Both the position numbers and the translations under genes were made by a program. From a virus (taxonomy: Duplodnaviria; Caudoviricetes), in IMG/VR virus record IMGVR_UViG_3300016484_000766, positions 1 to 63,230 of that record: a stretch of 63,230 bases of DNA. One strand, written 5' to 3'. The notes under the pieces were generated by a model. It had not been told where the DNA came from, did not search any database, and saw nothing but the letters and a program-made list of their open reading frames with translations. This document shows, one piece after another, positions 28,664-38,319 of this stretch; the stretch's first letter is position 1, and the number at the start of each line of letters is the position of its first letter.

Positions 28664-29506
28664 TCAGGGGCCTCCCCACTTCTTACCGAGCGCAGAACCG
28701 AAACTGGCGCCGAGGCCACCGGTGAACATGCCGGCTACGCCGCCGAGGAGCGCTCCGAAGCCGTCGTCCGCTTGGGACGCTTGGTACGCCTGGTTCCAGA
28801 TGTTGTTGTACGTGCTGGACGCGCTAGCGCCCCAGTTGGCCGCCACGCCCTGGCCCTGATTAAACGCACTGGTGGCGGCGCCCATCGCCGTGAGCCCGGT
28901 TCCGCTAGCCGACAGGCCAGACATACCCATAGCGCCGGCTTGCCCGAGAGCACCGCTAGCGGCACCCGAAAGACCACTGCCTAGCCCGGCAGACTGCGCG
29001 CGCAGGTTCAGCCCTTCTCGCTTAGCCGCCTGCTGGGCCATAGTCATGGCGCTGGCTTTGGCTAGGCCGCCCGACAGCTGCATGTCACCAAGCGTGGCGA
29101 TGTACGCGCCAGAGTTAGGATTGATGCCGCGAGACGACATGTACCGATTCATCTGCTTGCGCGCGTCGTCCATCCCGGACTCCACGTCGGCAACGGCCGC
29201 ACCGCCAAGCTGGTCTCGGTACGCGGACGTGTCAAAGCGGTCGACCTCGTCGGAAAACGCCTGGATCTGCTTACCGGTAGTGGCGTCAAACAGCGCGTCG
29301 TACTTGTCGCTGCGAGCCTTCGAGGCTTCGGCCAACTGCTTCTGAAACGCGTACTGTTCGTCGCCGCGTGCCATCTGCTGCTTGGCAAGCTCCATCATGC
29401 CGGCGTAGGAGGTCTTGTTGAACTCCAATTGCTCGCGCATGGTGTCGGCTTGGGTCTTCGCCAGGTACTTCTCTTCGTCACTGGGCGGCGGCGGATCGGA
29501 ACCCAT
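28664..29506 (-). CDS. Probable ejection (internal virion) protein
   Basis: MGSDPPPP start, RGINPNSG, Gly/Ala-rich C-terminus. Confidence 0.65.
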   Translation of the reverse strand: MGSDPPPPSDEEKYLAKTQADTMREQLEFNKTSYAGMMELAKQQMARGDEQYAFQKQLAEASKARSDKYDALFDATTGKQIQAFSDEVDRFDTSAYRDQLGGAAVADVESGMDDARKQMNRYMSSRGINPNSGAYIATLGDMQLSGGLAKASAMTMAQQAAKREGLNLRAQSAGLGSGLSGAASGALGQAGAMGMSGLSASGTGLTAMGAATSAFNQGQGVAANWGASASSTYNNIWNQAYQASQADDGFGALLGGVAGMFTGGLGASFGSALGKKWGGP

Positions 29507-29931
29507 CAGGCACCTCCTCGGGTAAGCAATCGTTGGGGGAAGCTGTCGTGCTTCCAGAGCACAAACAGAACAAGGTCGGTGCCGTGGTCGGCCCCTTCTT
29601 TGAGCACGCCCTCTACGACGGCGCCCATTCCGGATACAAAGTCCCGCGTGCGGAAGTTTGCCGAGCTGACCGGGAACGTCATGCGGCTCAAGCCAAGCTG
29701 CACGTAGACATACTTGGCCACGGCCATGAGAAGCGCCGGCGGGATGACGTTCGCCGATGATGCGATATGGGCAAAGATGTTGCCCTTGGTGTAGCCGTCG
29801 AAGTAAACGCCGGCGCGGAACTGACCATCCACTTCGTAGCCAATAGCGGCCTTTGCCCTCGGAGCGGGCGCAGTGCCGGACTGAGTTGCAACCCAGTCAG
29901 CTACTTCCTGCGGACGGTCATACACCAGCAT
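29506..29931 (-). CDS. GNAT-fold acetyltransferase-like protein
   Basis: AIGY...AGVYFDGY...N..T..FV..MG.V.EG pattern typical of podophage GNAT genes before ejection genes. Confidence 0.7.
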   Translation of the reverse strand: MLVYDRPQEVADWVATQSGTAPAPRAKAAIGYEVDGQFRAGVYFDGYTKGNIFAHIASSANVIPPALLMAVAKYVYVQLGLSRMTFPVSSANFRTRDFVSGMGAVVEGVLKEGADHGTDLVLFVLWKHDSFPQRLLTRGGA

Positions 29932-30179
29932 TACTCGCCCGAGGTCTCTTTCGTGACGACGGCGTCTTCTGCGGCTGCTGCTGCACGGCGGCGAGCAGCT
30001 CGCGCGCCGGAGGGGGTTTGCTCAGCGATACCGGCCTTCATCCTGGCCAGCCGCGCCGCACCCTCCGGAGTAACCACGAAGTCGCCGTCAGCGCTGACGA
30101 AACCGATGTTCACGTTGTCCATGTCGACCTGGCCGCCACAAATGACGGCGCCTTGGGCCAAAAGCTTTTCGAGGTTCAT
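29931..30179 (-). CDS. Hypothetical protein
   Basis: AAGGAG RBS, 82 aa. Confidence 0.75.
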   Translation of the reverse strand: MNLEKLLAQGAVICGGQVDMDNVNIGFVSADGDFVVTPEGAARLARMKAGIAEQTPSGARAARRRAAAAAEDAVVTKETSGE

Positions 30180-30198
30180 GAAAACTCCTTTGTACCGA

Positions 30199-30219
30199 AT
30201 GATACGCTAACACGTAAGC
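30199..30219 (-). promoter_or_regulatory. Palindromic operator followed by a -10 element
   Basis: - strand GCTTACGTGTTAGC-g-TATCAT upstream of the ejection-gene block. Confidence 0.55.
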
Positions 30220-30228
30220 AACGTACAC

Positions 30229-30684
30229 CTAGGCCCAGGTAACTGCAGCTACGGCTTCTGCCGTCTCGGCCGCGAGAATTTGGGCTTCCTTGACGGCAAA
30301 TACAGCGAACGCGTCCTGAACATGCGCATCCAACGCTAACCAGACAGCGCCGATCTCCGCGGCGCTCAGGTTGCGCCAGGTGTTGTCCGCCAAGCGCCAG
30401 GTGCGCGGCTGTCCGCTGATGTGCGCGCCGAGCATGCGCGCCTGCGAAACCTCGTCGGTGTCGAAGCGCGAGCCGTCCCAGGTCATGCCTCCGAAGATGA
30501 TGGCATCGCGCCGAGCTTTCATCTCGGCGAGCTTGTCTGCCCGCGCCATGTCGAGCGTCGGCGTGGGGGTCACCCAGCCCTCAATGACAGTTGTGACACC
30601 CGGCACACTGGTCGGCGCGTGCTCCTGGTCGGCTCGGTACAGCACCCGACCGGTGGTGTCGTCGATGATGGTGTACTGGGTCAT
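30229..30684 (-). CDS. DUF4376-like tail fibre assembly protein
   Basis: RDAIIFGG..WDGSRFDTD..SQ...WRLADN; follows the fibre gene. Confidence 0.8.
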   Translation of the reverse strand: MTQYTIIDDTTGRVLYRADQEHAPTSVPGVTTVIEGWVTPTPTLDMARADKLAEMKARRDAIIFGGMTWDGSRFDTDEVSQARMLGAHISGQPRTWRLADNTWRNLSAAEIGAVWLALDAHVQDAFAVFAVKEAQILAAETAEAVAAVTWA

Positions 30685-33600
30685 GCCGTGAAGTCCAGAA
30701 TCCAGTTGACGGACGTGGCGCTGAAGGTGATTGCCCCGTTGTACGAGGAAAGCGCCGCTGAGGGGTTGGTACCGGTGAATGTGGCCTTGATGAACACACG
30801 CGTGTTGCCCGCTCCGTATGGGTTTCCGGTAGCTGCCGCGCCTGAGCGAAACTGCGGGACGCCGACCTGCGGGGTAAGCTCAACGCTGATACCGGCGATG
30901 AACTGACCTGCCGCGACAAGCGAACCGTTCGAGATGCTCCCGGTGATCATCCCGCCGCCAAGTCGGACACTGAGGTTGCGCTCAAGCGTCTGCCCGTAAG
31001 GGAGGTTGTACCCGGTGTCGATCAGCACGGACGTTGACACGCTGGTAAGCGGGCCCGGGTTGCTGAACTCGTCAAGAACCTTCTCGTAGGCCTTCCACGA
31101 CCCGCTTGCGGTGCCGCTCGTCAGCGTCTTGGCGAAATATGCATTTCCGTCAGCCGTAATGCGCACTTGCCCGCCGGCAGAGCGGACGAAGTCCTGCGAA
31201 CCTGTGGCGTTCAGATTGACGTAGTTGGTGCCGGCGGCGTTCTGCAGGAAACCGGCTGTTACCGTGCCGATGTCTGCGGTGATGCTGGAGAGCGACGTCG
31301 CATTGATCTTGTCGGCGGTAATACTGCCGGCCCCAATGCGGGCCGCCGCCAGGGTTCCTACTGTAATAGTCCCGGCGTCCACAGACCCGATCTGCGCGTA
31401 TCCAATCGCGGCGCCAGCAATGTACGTGCTGATGTTCGCAGCAGTGATCTGGTTGCCAGGCATGACAACGCCGCTCACGCTGCCGCCGCCGGCCCCGTTG
31501 ATCGTGATGGTTCCCGACGAGCCGGACAGAGTAATGTTGGCGTTGGCGATCGCGGTTCCGTCACCTACGCCGATGCCGCTGATGGACCCGCCGGTGATCG
31601 TGATGCTGGTGTTGGCTACGGGCGTACCGGAGCCGGTACCGATGCCGCTGATGGACCCGCCGGTGATCGTGATCTGCGAGTTGTCGACGGTCGTACCGCT
31701 GCCAGTACCGATGCCGGAAATAACCCCGCCGGTAATAGTGATCAGCGAGTTTTGGACCGCGGTTCCGCTACCGGTACCGATGCCGGAAATAACCCCGCCC
31801 GAGATTGTGATCTGGGAGTTTGCTACCTGCGTACCGGCATTCGCGCCAATACCCATCAGCTGGCCTGAGCCATTGATGTAGATATTGCTGTTCAGCCAGT
31901 TATTATTGGGCGTGATGTAGCTATAGTCCAGCTGGTTTCCGGCAGCCAGGATAATGTTTCCGCTAGTGTCACGAATACTAAGCCCGCGCGAATCGATCTT
32001 GTCGGCCGTGATAGTGTTGGCCAGGATCTTGTCGCCGGTGATTGTCAGGCCTTGGATGCGGTCGCCGGTAATTGTGTTGGCCGCGATCCGGTCGCCGGTA
32101 ATGGAGCCAGCCGAGATTTTCCCGCCTGCCAGCGAAGCAATCTTGGCGTCATCCACCGCCAAGTTGGCGATCATCGCGTTGGTGATGGCGCCGTTCTGGA
32201 TTGCAGCGGTACCTACGGCAATAGCCCCAGCCGCGATCTTGGATGCGCCGATAGACCCGTCGACAATCAAGTCGGCACCGATGTATTCCTCGACGCGAAG
32301 GTCAGCTATGTCGGTTACGCCGACACCAAACTCCCAGTTGACGTGCGTAATCAGCCAGGCATCTACTACACCAACAGGCGCGTCGATATAGCCGGTGTAT
32401 TTTGCCCAAGTTGACGTGAGCCCGATTGACTCAAACGTACCGATAGGCGGAGAGATTGCCGTGGCCTCTACGGCAATCGGTGTACCGCTGCTGTCCCGAA
32501 AGTAGACCCGAAACCATGCGTCACCGGTGCCGGAGGTTTTTCGGGCCCAACAAGAAAGCTTGTAACGGGTTCCTGCAGTAGCTGGGAATAGGCGGGCGCG
32601 GAACTGGACTCCGCCCGTAGCGCGAAGCACCTTGACTCCGGACGGCGAAGACGTCTCGGTAACGATCGCGTACGTACCAGTTCCGGCGCTCTGCGACCAA
32701 GCGGCAGGGTCGGTGAAGAACGGGTCGTCGTTTAGCGCTTTGCCGCGCCCGGTGACAAGCAGCTTGTCGGTAGTGATAGCGCCTGCGGCAATCTCGCGGG
32801 CGTTGATAGCGCCGGCGGCGATGGTTCCCGACGTCACAGCGTCGGCCGCAATCTTCCCAGCGACAACAGAACCCGCGGCAAGTTCGGTGGAAGTGACGTC
32901 GCCGGGGGGGATGATCTTCGCGTACGCGGTGCCGTTCCACCGGTACATCTTGCTGTCGGCCGTGTTGAAGATCGTAGACGTCGACTTCGTGCTCGGTACC
33001 GATGAAACAATCGTCACCGGCTCAAGGCCGTTAGCGAACTTGGTGAGGTCAACGGCCTGCAGCGCGAGCTTTGACGCCGAGACGGCGCCACTAGCAAGCT
33101 GGTCCTGCCCAACAGAGCCCAGCGCAAGGTTTGCCGCTTCGACCACCAGCGGGCCGAGGTCGATGTTCCCGACCTTCAGCGCAGCCGCCGTGACGGACGA
33201 CGTGAACGGCCCCTGGGTGCCAGCCGTGGTGACCGCACGTACCCAGTAGTAGTACGTCACGCTCGGCGTGGTCGTGTCGTCGACAAACACGTTGCCGGCG
33301 GGCTGGCCCATCATGTTGCTGGGCACCGCCGTAGCCGCTGCTAGGTTGTCGCTCGTGTAGCGCCAAACTTCAAAGTACGCGTTGTTGGCGTACGCGGGAG
33401 GGTCCCACGTGAGGATGATCGAGCGGAACGCGCCGGCAGCCGAAAGGTTGCCGGGGGCCGGGGGTACGTCGACTTCTGGGCGAGGATCGGTGTAGCCCGG
33501 CCCGGAGCCTCCGGACCCGCCGCCAACAACGGTTGTCGTAGTTCCGCCGCCCTGAACAAATAGCCCGCCGCTGGGGCTGTACTGCATCATCCCGCTGCGC

Positions 33601-33812
33601 AGCATTTCGCGCGGGGTCAGTGCCTTGTCCATGGCAAGGCCAGAGCCATACAGCGCGTCTACCGCGCGCTTGAGTTGCTTAACTGTACGCAATAGCGAGT
33701 CGACATCGCCCGACGGCGGCTGAATAGAGTGCGCCGGGTCACCTGTGTACGGATCGGCTCCGGCTTCGATTTCCTCGCTTACCTTATCGCTTAGAGTCTT
33801 GTCAGTTGCCAC
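30681..33812 (-). CDS. Tail fibre / host-specificity protein
   Basis: FN3-like domain (YYYWVRAV), ITxDKI repeats, CBM-like insert, 23-aa Gly-rich repeats. Confidence 0.8.
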   Translation of the reverse strand: MATDKTLSDKVSEEIEAGADPYTGDPAHSIQPPSGDVDSLLRTVKQLKRAVDALYGSGLAMDKALTPREMLRSGMMQYSPSGGLFVQGGGTTTTVVGGGSGGSGPGYTDPRPEVDVPPAPGNLSAAGAFRSIILTWDPPAYANNAYFEVWRYTSDNLAAATAVPSNMMGQPAGNVFVDDTTTPSVTYYYWVRAVTTAGTQGPFTSSVTAAALKVGNIDLGPLVVEAANLALGSVGQDQLASGAVSASKLALQAVDLTKFANGLEPVTIVSSVPSTKSTSTIFNTADSKMYRWNGTAYAKIIPPGDVTSTELAAGSVVAGKIAADAVTSGTIAAGAINAREIAAGAITTDKLLVTGRGKALNDDPFFTDPAAWSQSAGTGTYAIVTETSSPSGVKVLRATGGVQFRARLFPATAGTRYKLSCWARKTSGTGDAWFRVYFRDSSGTPIAVEATAISPPIGTFESIGLTSTWAKYTGYIDAPVGVVDAWLITHVNWEFGVGVTDIADLRVEEYIGADLIVDGSIGASKIAAGAIAVGTAAIQNGAITNAMIANLAVDDAKIASLAGGKISAGSITGDRIAANTITGDRIQGLTITGDKILANTITADKIDSRGLSIRDTSGNIILAAGNQLDYSYITPNNNWLNSNIYINGSGQLMGIGANAGTQVANSQITISGGVISGIGTGSGTAVQNSLITITGGVISGIGTGSGTTVDNSQITITGGSISGIGTGSGTPVANTSITITGGSISGIGVGDGTAIANANITLSGSSGTITINGAGGGSVSGVVMPGNQITAANISTYIAGAAIGYAQIGSVDAGTITVGTLAAARIGAGSITADKINATSLSSITADIGTVTAGFLQNAAGTNYVNLNATGSQDFVRSAGGQVRITADGNAYFAKTLTSGTASGSWKAYEKVLDEFSNPGPLTSVSTSVLIDTGYNLPYGQTLERNLSVRLGGGMITGSISNGSLVAAGQFIAGISVELTPQVGVPQFRSGAAATGNPYGAGNTRVFIKATFTGTNPSAALSSYNGAITFSATSVNWILDFTA
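31530..31890 (-). repeat. 69-bp (23-aa) tandem repeats in the tail fibre
   Basis: N[ST]xITI[ST]GG[VS]ISGIGxGxGTx[VI] x4, plus degenerate flanking copies. Confidence 0.9.
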
Positions 33813-35469
33813 TTGAAAGGCTCTCCATACTGTCCGCCAGCTCTACAGCACGCAGGTTGCCAGTACCCGTAACGCGCACTTGGTAGCGCAATCCGCGTGG
33901 GTGCGACGGAAGCCAGAACTCGATCATGTTGGTCGGCGTAGTAGGCCCGAACACAACCACCCCGTCGGCGATCAGCTCGAAGTAAACAGAGCCGGTGAAG
34001 TCAAGCCGCGCTACTGCGATGTTAGTAGGCCCGTTCATTCGGAACACGCCAGACGTCCAAGTCATGCTTAGCGGCGTGCTGCCGTTGTCCCATTTCTTGA
34101 TGAGGCGCGTGCTTCCGCTATCGTCGAAACACAGGTACAAGGCGTCTCGACCTCGTTCCCGGAAGCCAGCGGTGGCGTACAAATCGGTCTCGCAGAACGA
34201 AGGGTGCTCGCCGAAAGTGAAGACGATGCCGCCGCGAGTGGTTCCTGTGTCGTAGAACCCGATCAACTTGTTGTCGCACTCGTAGAACGCCATGCTCGTC
34301 GGCGCGTACCGTTGCCAGTCTCGCCGTTGCATGAGACCGTCTGTCAGAAGCCGGAAGCCGCCTGGGCCGATGTACCCGAGCCCGTCAGGCGTAGCAAACA
34401 CTACGCCGTTGTCGAACTCGATCATGGATCGCTTTGACACGCACGCCTGGCTGACAGCGAGCCGCTCAGACGTCATGTCAGAAGGATGCGACCCAGTAAA
34501 CACATACAAGCTACGTGTAGTGCTAACTAGCAGCGACTGACCGAACGCCGCGATTGCTACGACCGGAGCATCCACTGCTTGCTGGTACGCGACAGGCCAC
34601 GCGTGCGGCACGAACGGCTCGCTGAAGCACACGGTAGACCCGCTGAATCCAGCCAGGATGCCGTTGGCCATCTGCGTCAGGCCGACCATGCTGTCAGGCG
34701 GCTCAAGCCACCCGCGCGAAGGCAGGGCCGTGCTGAGCGACGAAGTCAGGGCCGTGTCCGTGTAGCTGGTAGTGGCCAGCGATACCTCGCCAAGGTACAG
34801 GTACCGAGCCGAGCCCGCGGAGCCTGTGGCCGACCGATAGATCCGCTTGGTCGTGTAGCTCTGCGACTTGTTGGAGTTCCCGGGGTACGACGCCGTGCCG
34901 CCCGTGGGGAGCGTGAGGGTGATAGTCTGGCCAGCGCGCCATGTGTACAACGCAGAAGCGTCAGACGGCGGGCCTTCTTCGCCCCACGCGGTGACAAGCG
35001 TGCACACATACACGACGCCCTCGGCGGCAGAGTCCGGGTCGGTGGCGGTACCGCTGACTACGGCAGTGATCGGCGCGGCCGGCTTCTGCAGCCCCATCGG
35101 CAGTGACGTGGTAGGGTACGGCGCGGAAGTAGTCGCTACCGTGTTCTTGGTTTTGCTCGGATACGCCAGGTGGCCGGTGTAGTAAGTCTTCTCCTCCGTG
35201 TCGTTTTCTACCGGGCCCTTCACGAAGTTGACGTCGTTGGTCGACTGGAACCAAAACTGCGTCTCGCTGGCGCTGGACTGCCCGTACCGGTAGATAGTCT
35301 TCACGGGCGAAGCGGAAGACACGCTGGTAACTAGCGACGGCTGTTTGTAGGGCTCGACGTCACTCGCGGTGAGGTACGTGTTGATTGCCGCCGTAGCTTC
35401 GCCGGGCGACAGCAGGTCCTCCGCCATCGCGGGTCGCATACCAGAAAATACGCGAATTGCGATCTTCAT
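33802..35469 (-). CDS. Tail tubular/nozzle (DNA stabilisation) protein
   Basis: 555 aa, beta-rich, FSEPFVPHAWP; podovirus synteny. Confidence 0.7.
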   Translation of the reverse strand: MKIAIRVFSGMRPAMAEDLLSPGEATAAINTYLTASDVEPYKQPSLVTSVSSASPVKTIYRYGQSSASETQFWFQSTNDVNFVKGPVENDTEEKTYYTGHLAYPSKTKNTVATTSAPYPTTSLPMGLQKPAAPITAVVSGTATDPDSAAEGVVYVCTLVTAWGEEGPPSDASALYTWRAGQTITLTLPTGGTASYPGNSNKSQSYTTKRIYRSATGSAGSARYLYLGEVSLATTSYTDTALTSSLSTALPSRGWLEPPDSMVGLTQMANGILAGFSGSTVCFSEPFVPHAWPVAYQQAVDAPVVAIAAFGQSLLVSTTRSLYVFTGSHPSDMTSERLAVSQACVSKRSMIEFDNGVVFATPDGLGYIGPGGFRLLTDGLMQRRDWQRYAPTSMAFYECDNKLIGFYDTGTTRGGIVFTFGEHPSFCETDLYATAGFRERGRDALYLCFDDSGSTRLIKKWDNGSTPLSMTWTSGVFRMNGPTNIAVARLDFTGSVYFELIADGVVVFGPTTPTNMIEFWLPSHPRGLRYQVRVTGTGNLRAVELADSMESLSSGN

Positions 35470-35470
35470 G

Positions 35471-36124
35471 TCAGAAGAACCGTGGGTTAACGCGCTGCGC
35501 GGTGCGGACTTTGCCTACGCGCGCTTCTCGGCGCTCGCGCACCTTGGCCGCTTGGAACGCCGCCGCGTACCCGCTGGCACCGGCAAGGTCAGTGAACGGC
35601 TGTTCTGGAATCGTCTTCAGCCGTGCAATGGTGCCGTTGGCGATGTCGGACAGGTGGTACGTCAGTAGCTCGTCAGGCAGCTCTGTAGCTGTATTGGTCG
35701 GCATGTACGAAGCTTTGACAAACAACCCGGCGACTAAAGAGTTCTCGGGGTGCGGCCAGAGGTGCAGCGTCAAGTCGTACGGAGACGTTTGATAGAAATA
35801 CGACGGAGTACCAACTTGCGGCTCCGCAGTGTCAACCGCCCCGCGTAGCGCCACCGGGGAGGCGACGGAGTCGACCGCAACCGCTCGAAGTTTCGTAGCT
35901 CCGTACGAGACATACAGGACTTCACAAAGCTGCAATCCGGCAAGCGGCGTAAGCGCGTAGTCCGGGACAAGGCTGGCTACGTCCAACAACATAGTGCGCT
36001 GCACTACTCCGGTAGAAGCGCAAAACTCTTGCGCAGCCGCCACCAGCTCGCGCTTGATGACGACCTCCGGGCAGTTCTGCACGCGGCGGGTAATCTCTGA
36101 CATGAAAGCAGTTAGCTCGGCCAC
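35471..36124 (-). CDS. Head-tail adaptor / tail tubular protein
   Basis: CPE.VI...L..AA.EFC pattern; synteny. Confidence 0.65.
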   Translation of the reverse strand: MAELTAFMSEITRRVQNCPEVVIKRELVAAAQEFCASTGVVQRTMLLDVASLVPDYALTPLAGLQLCEVLYVSYGATKLRAVAVDSVASPVALRGAVDTAEPQVGTPSYFYQTSPYDLTLHLWPHPENSLVAGLFVKASYMPTNTATELPDELLTYHLSDIANGTIARLKTIPEQPFTDLAGASGYAAAFQAAKVRERREARVGKVRTAQRVNPRFF

Positions 36125-36125
36125 G

Positions 36126-36785
36126 TTACGCCTTCAGGTTATTGCTTACCGGGTTGGTCGCGGAATCAGCGCCTACCTTGTCGTTCAGCGCGCTCATGAA
36201 CAGCTGGTAGTGGGCCTGCGCACGGCTAACGTCACCAGGGATGGCTTGATTCTTGGACAGCGCGCGGAACAGGATGTAGTCGACCAGCGGCTCGCTGAAC
36301 ACGTCGTCCAGCGAAATGGCGCGATTCGTGTCCGTAAGGTTTGACGGTGGCACCGCCCACACTGCTTCTACGTACACGTCGCCGACGGAGGGCGGGTACA
36401 CCCAGAAGTTGTGCGGCATGCGGGTATCGGTGCAGTAGTTTTCTACTTCAGCAGTCGGGGTGTCCGTGTGCCAGCTGGGGAGCGCAGCGTCCAGAAGCTC
36501 CAGCGAGGCTTGGCGCGTAGCGCGCCCGGGGGCTTCGCCGGTCGGGCCTAGATTCCTGAACATGCGCAGCAGCCGAACAGCCTGGTCCGGTAGCGCTTGA
36601 AGCGTTCCCTGTCGCAGCTGCAACCTCCCGTACGTACTGCACGCATCAGGGCGCTTGTTGAAGATGGCGCGCTGGCCCTCGTTCAGCCAGCCGAGAAGCT
36701 CCGACTCGGTCCAGCGAACGGCGTTGATGTCCAGCAGTGTCTGGCGCACCTGCGTCAGCAGGGATGCAGCGATGATGGTGCCCAT
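36126..36785 (-). CDS. DUF6682-like head-tail adaptor
   Basis: RWTESELLGWLNEGQ...RPDA, FWVYPP, LVDYILFRALSK. Confidence 0.7.
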   Translation of the reverse strand: MGTIIAASLLTQVRQTLLDINAVRWTESELLGWLNEGQRAIFNKRPDACSTYGRLQLRQGTLQALPDQAVRLLRMFRNLGPTGEAPGRATRQASLELLDAALPSWHTDTPTAEVENYCTDTRMPHNFWVYPPSVGDVYVEAVWAVPPSNLTDTNRAISLDDVFSEPLVDYILFRALSKNQAIPGDVSRAQAHYQLFMSALNDKVGADSATNPVSNNLKA

Positions 36786-36796
36786 AGCGTCCTGGA

Positions 36797-36825
36797 AGCA
36801 AAAGCGCCCGGCGCAAGGGCCGGGC
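36797..36825 (-). terminator. Terminator after the capsid genes
   Basis: GCCCGGC-6 nt-GCCGGGC stem followed by GCTTTTGCT on the - strand. Confidence 0.65.
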
Positions 36826-36862
36826 ACAAACTATCAGAAAGGGGAGCTAGTCCCCTCCATGA

Positions 36863-37213
36863 TTAGGCGCTGAGCACAGCCGTGTAGTCGATGCCGTTGG
36901 GGTGGGCAAGGAACACGGTCGGCTTGTTCTGCGCAACGCTGAACGCGGTGTTGGCCGCTGCGCCGTTGATCGAACCGCCGGTGGGCGGGAAGATCGTGGC
37001 AGCGGTCGCCGTGTTCACGCGAACCACGATGGGCGAGCCCACGGCGTAGTTCGTCGGAAGCGCAGCGGCGACTTGGCCGGCGGCGGTCGTCAGCACGTTG
37101 ATGGCTCCGGTCAGCAGCGGCGAACCGGAGAGGGTGGTACCGACCGTGGTGATGGCGTCCACGCCGTTGGGCGTGGCGCTGTCGTAGCGGCCGAAAGCGA
37201 AAGCAGCGGTCAT
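36863..37213 (-). CDS. Probable capsid decoration protein
   Basis: 116 aa Ala/Thr-rich ORF directly after the capsid gene; AAAGGA RBS. Confidence 0.6.
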   Translation of the reverse strand: MTAAFAFGRYDSATPNGVDAITTVGTTLSGSPLLTGAINVLTTAAGQVAAALPTNYAVGSPIVVRVNTATAATIFPPTGGSINGAAANTAFSVAQNKPTVFLAHPNGIDYTAVLSA

Positions 37214-37239
37214 GTTGCTGTCCTTTCAGTAGTTGCGGA

Positions 37240-38274
37240 TTAGTAGCCGATGGCCAGAGCCAGCGACTCGGGCTTCACGACCTTGTGGCCGAAGACTTGC
37301 AGGCCGCGGACCAGATCGCCGAAGTCGGTCGGGTTGCGCAGCTGTTCGGTCTTGGTGATCTGCGAGGCGAAGCAGATCGCGCTCGAATGACCGGCCATGA
37401 TCACGCGGCGACGGCTGGCGTAGGTGCCGGCCGCAACCGTCGACTCGTCGCCGTAGCCGGAGGTCCACAGGGTGGCGCCGCCAGCAGCGGTCGGGAGCTG
37501 GTTGCTCACGTAGATCTTGAAGCGGTCGATCGTGCCGATCAGGCCGTTGCGGACCATCGACTTGTCATCGCCCATGAACTGCGCTTGCGCGAGGTTCGAG
37601 GACATGAGCTGCGTACGGGTGTACGGGTCGAGGATCAGCCAGCGGCCGGACTCGGGGACGTTCTGCTCGTCGAGAACCGAGGCCAGGTTCAGGATCGTGG
37701 TCAGCACGTTGGCCGGGGTGAACTGCACCGGAGCGGTGTCGGTACCCAGGTTGAAGCCGCCCGACTTGGCACCGGCAGTGGCGCCACGGTTGGCCGCCGC
37801 GCCGCCATTGAACGTGCGGTACAGGCAGGTCGAGTCGATCACCACGCGCATTTGCTGGGCCGCGTCGTTGGTGAACATGTCCATCAGGTCAGGCTTCGAC
37901 TGGTAGTCCAGCACGTCGCTGACGTTGAAGGCGTAGTACTTCGCGCGGTCCACGACCATCTCGATCGCGTTCGGCTTCGGGGTCTGGTAGCTCAGGTTGC
38001 CGCCGACCACGTAGTCGCTGATGGCGATGTCCGGGATGTTGTTGATGATGACCTTGTCGCCCAGGTTCGACACGTCGCCTTCCCAGTCGCGGTTGCAGAT
38101 GTCCGCAAAGGTCGAGGCCGCATAGAACTTGGCGTTCAGCTTCGCCGACCACAGGGTCGGGATGAAGATGCCAGAGTAGGCAGCGCCGGTGATGGCGTTG
38201 CCGTTGTAGGTAGCACCAACGTTGGCGAAGGAGCCGCCGACAGGGGTGACTACACCGGGGGTGATCGTTGCCAT
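37240..38274 (-). CDS. Major capsid protein
   Basis: FIPTLWSAKL, GDKVIIN, LDEQNVPESGRW, GLQVFGHKVVKPE; strong RBS and codon bias. Confidence 0.9.
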   Translation of the reverse strand: MATITPGVVTPVGGSFANVGATYNGNAITGAAYSGIFIPTLWSAKLNAKFYAASTFADICNRDWEGDVSNLGDKVIINNIPDIAISDYVVGGNLSYQTPKPNAIEMVVDRAKYYAFNVSDVLDYQSKPDLMDMFTNDAAQQMRVVIDSTCLYRTFNGGAAANRGATAGAKSGGFNLGTDTAPVQFTPANVLTTILNLASVLDEQNVPESGRWLILDPYTRTQLMSSNLAQAQFMGDDKSMVRNGLIGTIDRFKIYVSNQLPTAAGGATLWTSGYGDESTVAAGTYASRRRVIMAGHSSAICFASQITKTEQLRNPTDFGDLVRGLQVFGHKVVKPESLALAIGY

Positions 38275-38302
38275 GGTTTTCCTTTCGTGCCGTTGCGTTG
38301 GT

Positions 38303-38316
38303 GCTTACATGTAAGC
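38303..38316. promoter_or_regulatory. Perfect palindrome GCTTACATGTAAGC
   Basis: Intergenic, between the scaffold and capsid genes. Confidence 0.65.
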
Positions 38317-38319
38317 GTG

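Noticed and set aside
30681-33812. Diversity-generating retroelement acting on the tail fibre
   Set aside because: No reverse transcriptase, and no template/variable repeat pair differing at adenines was seen.
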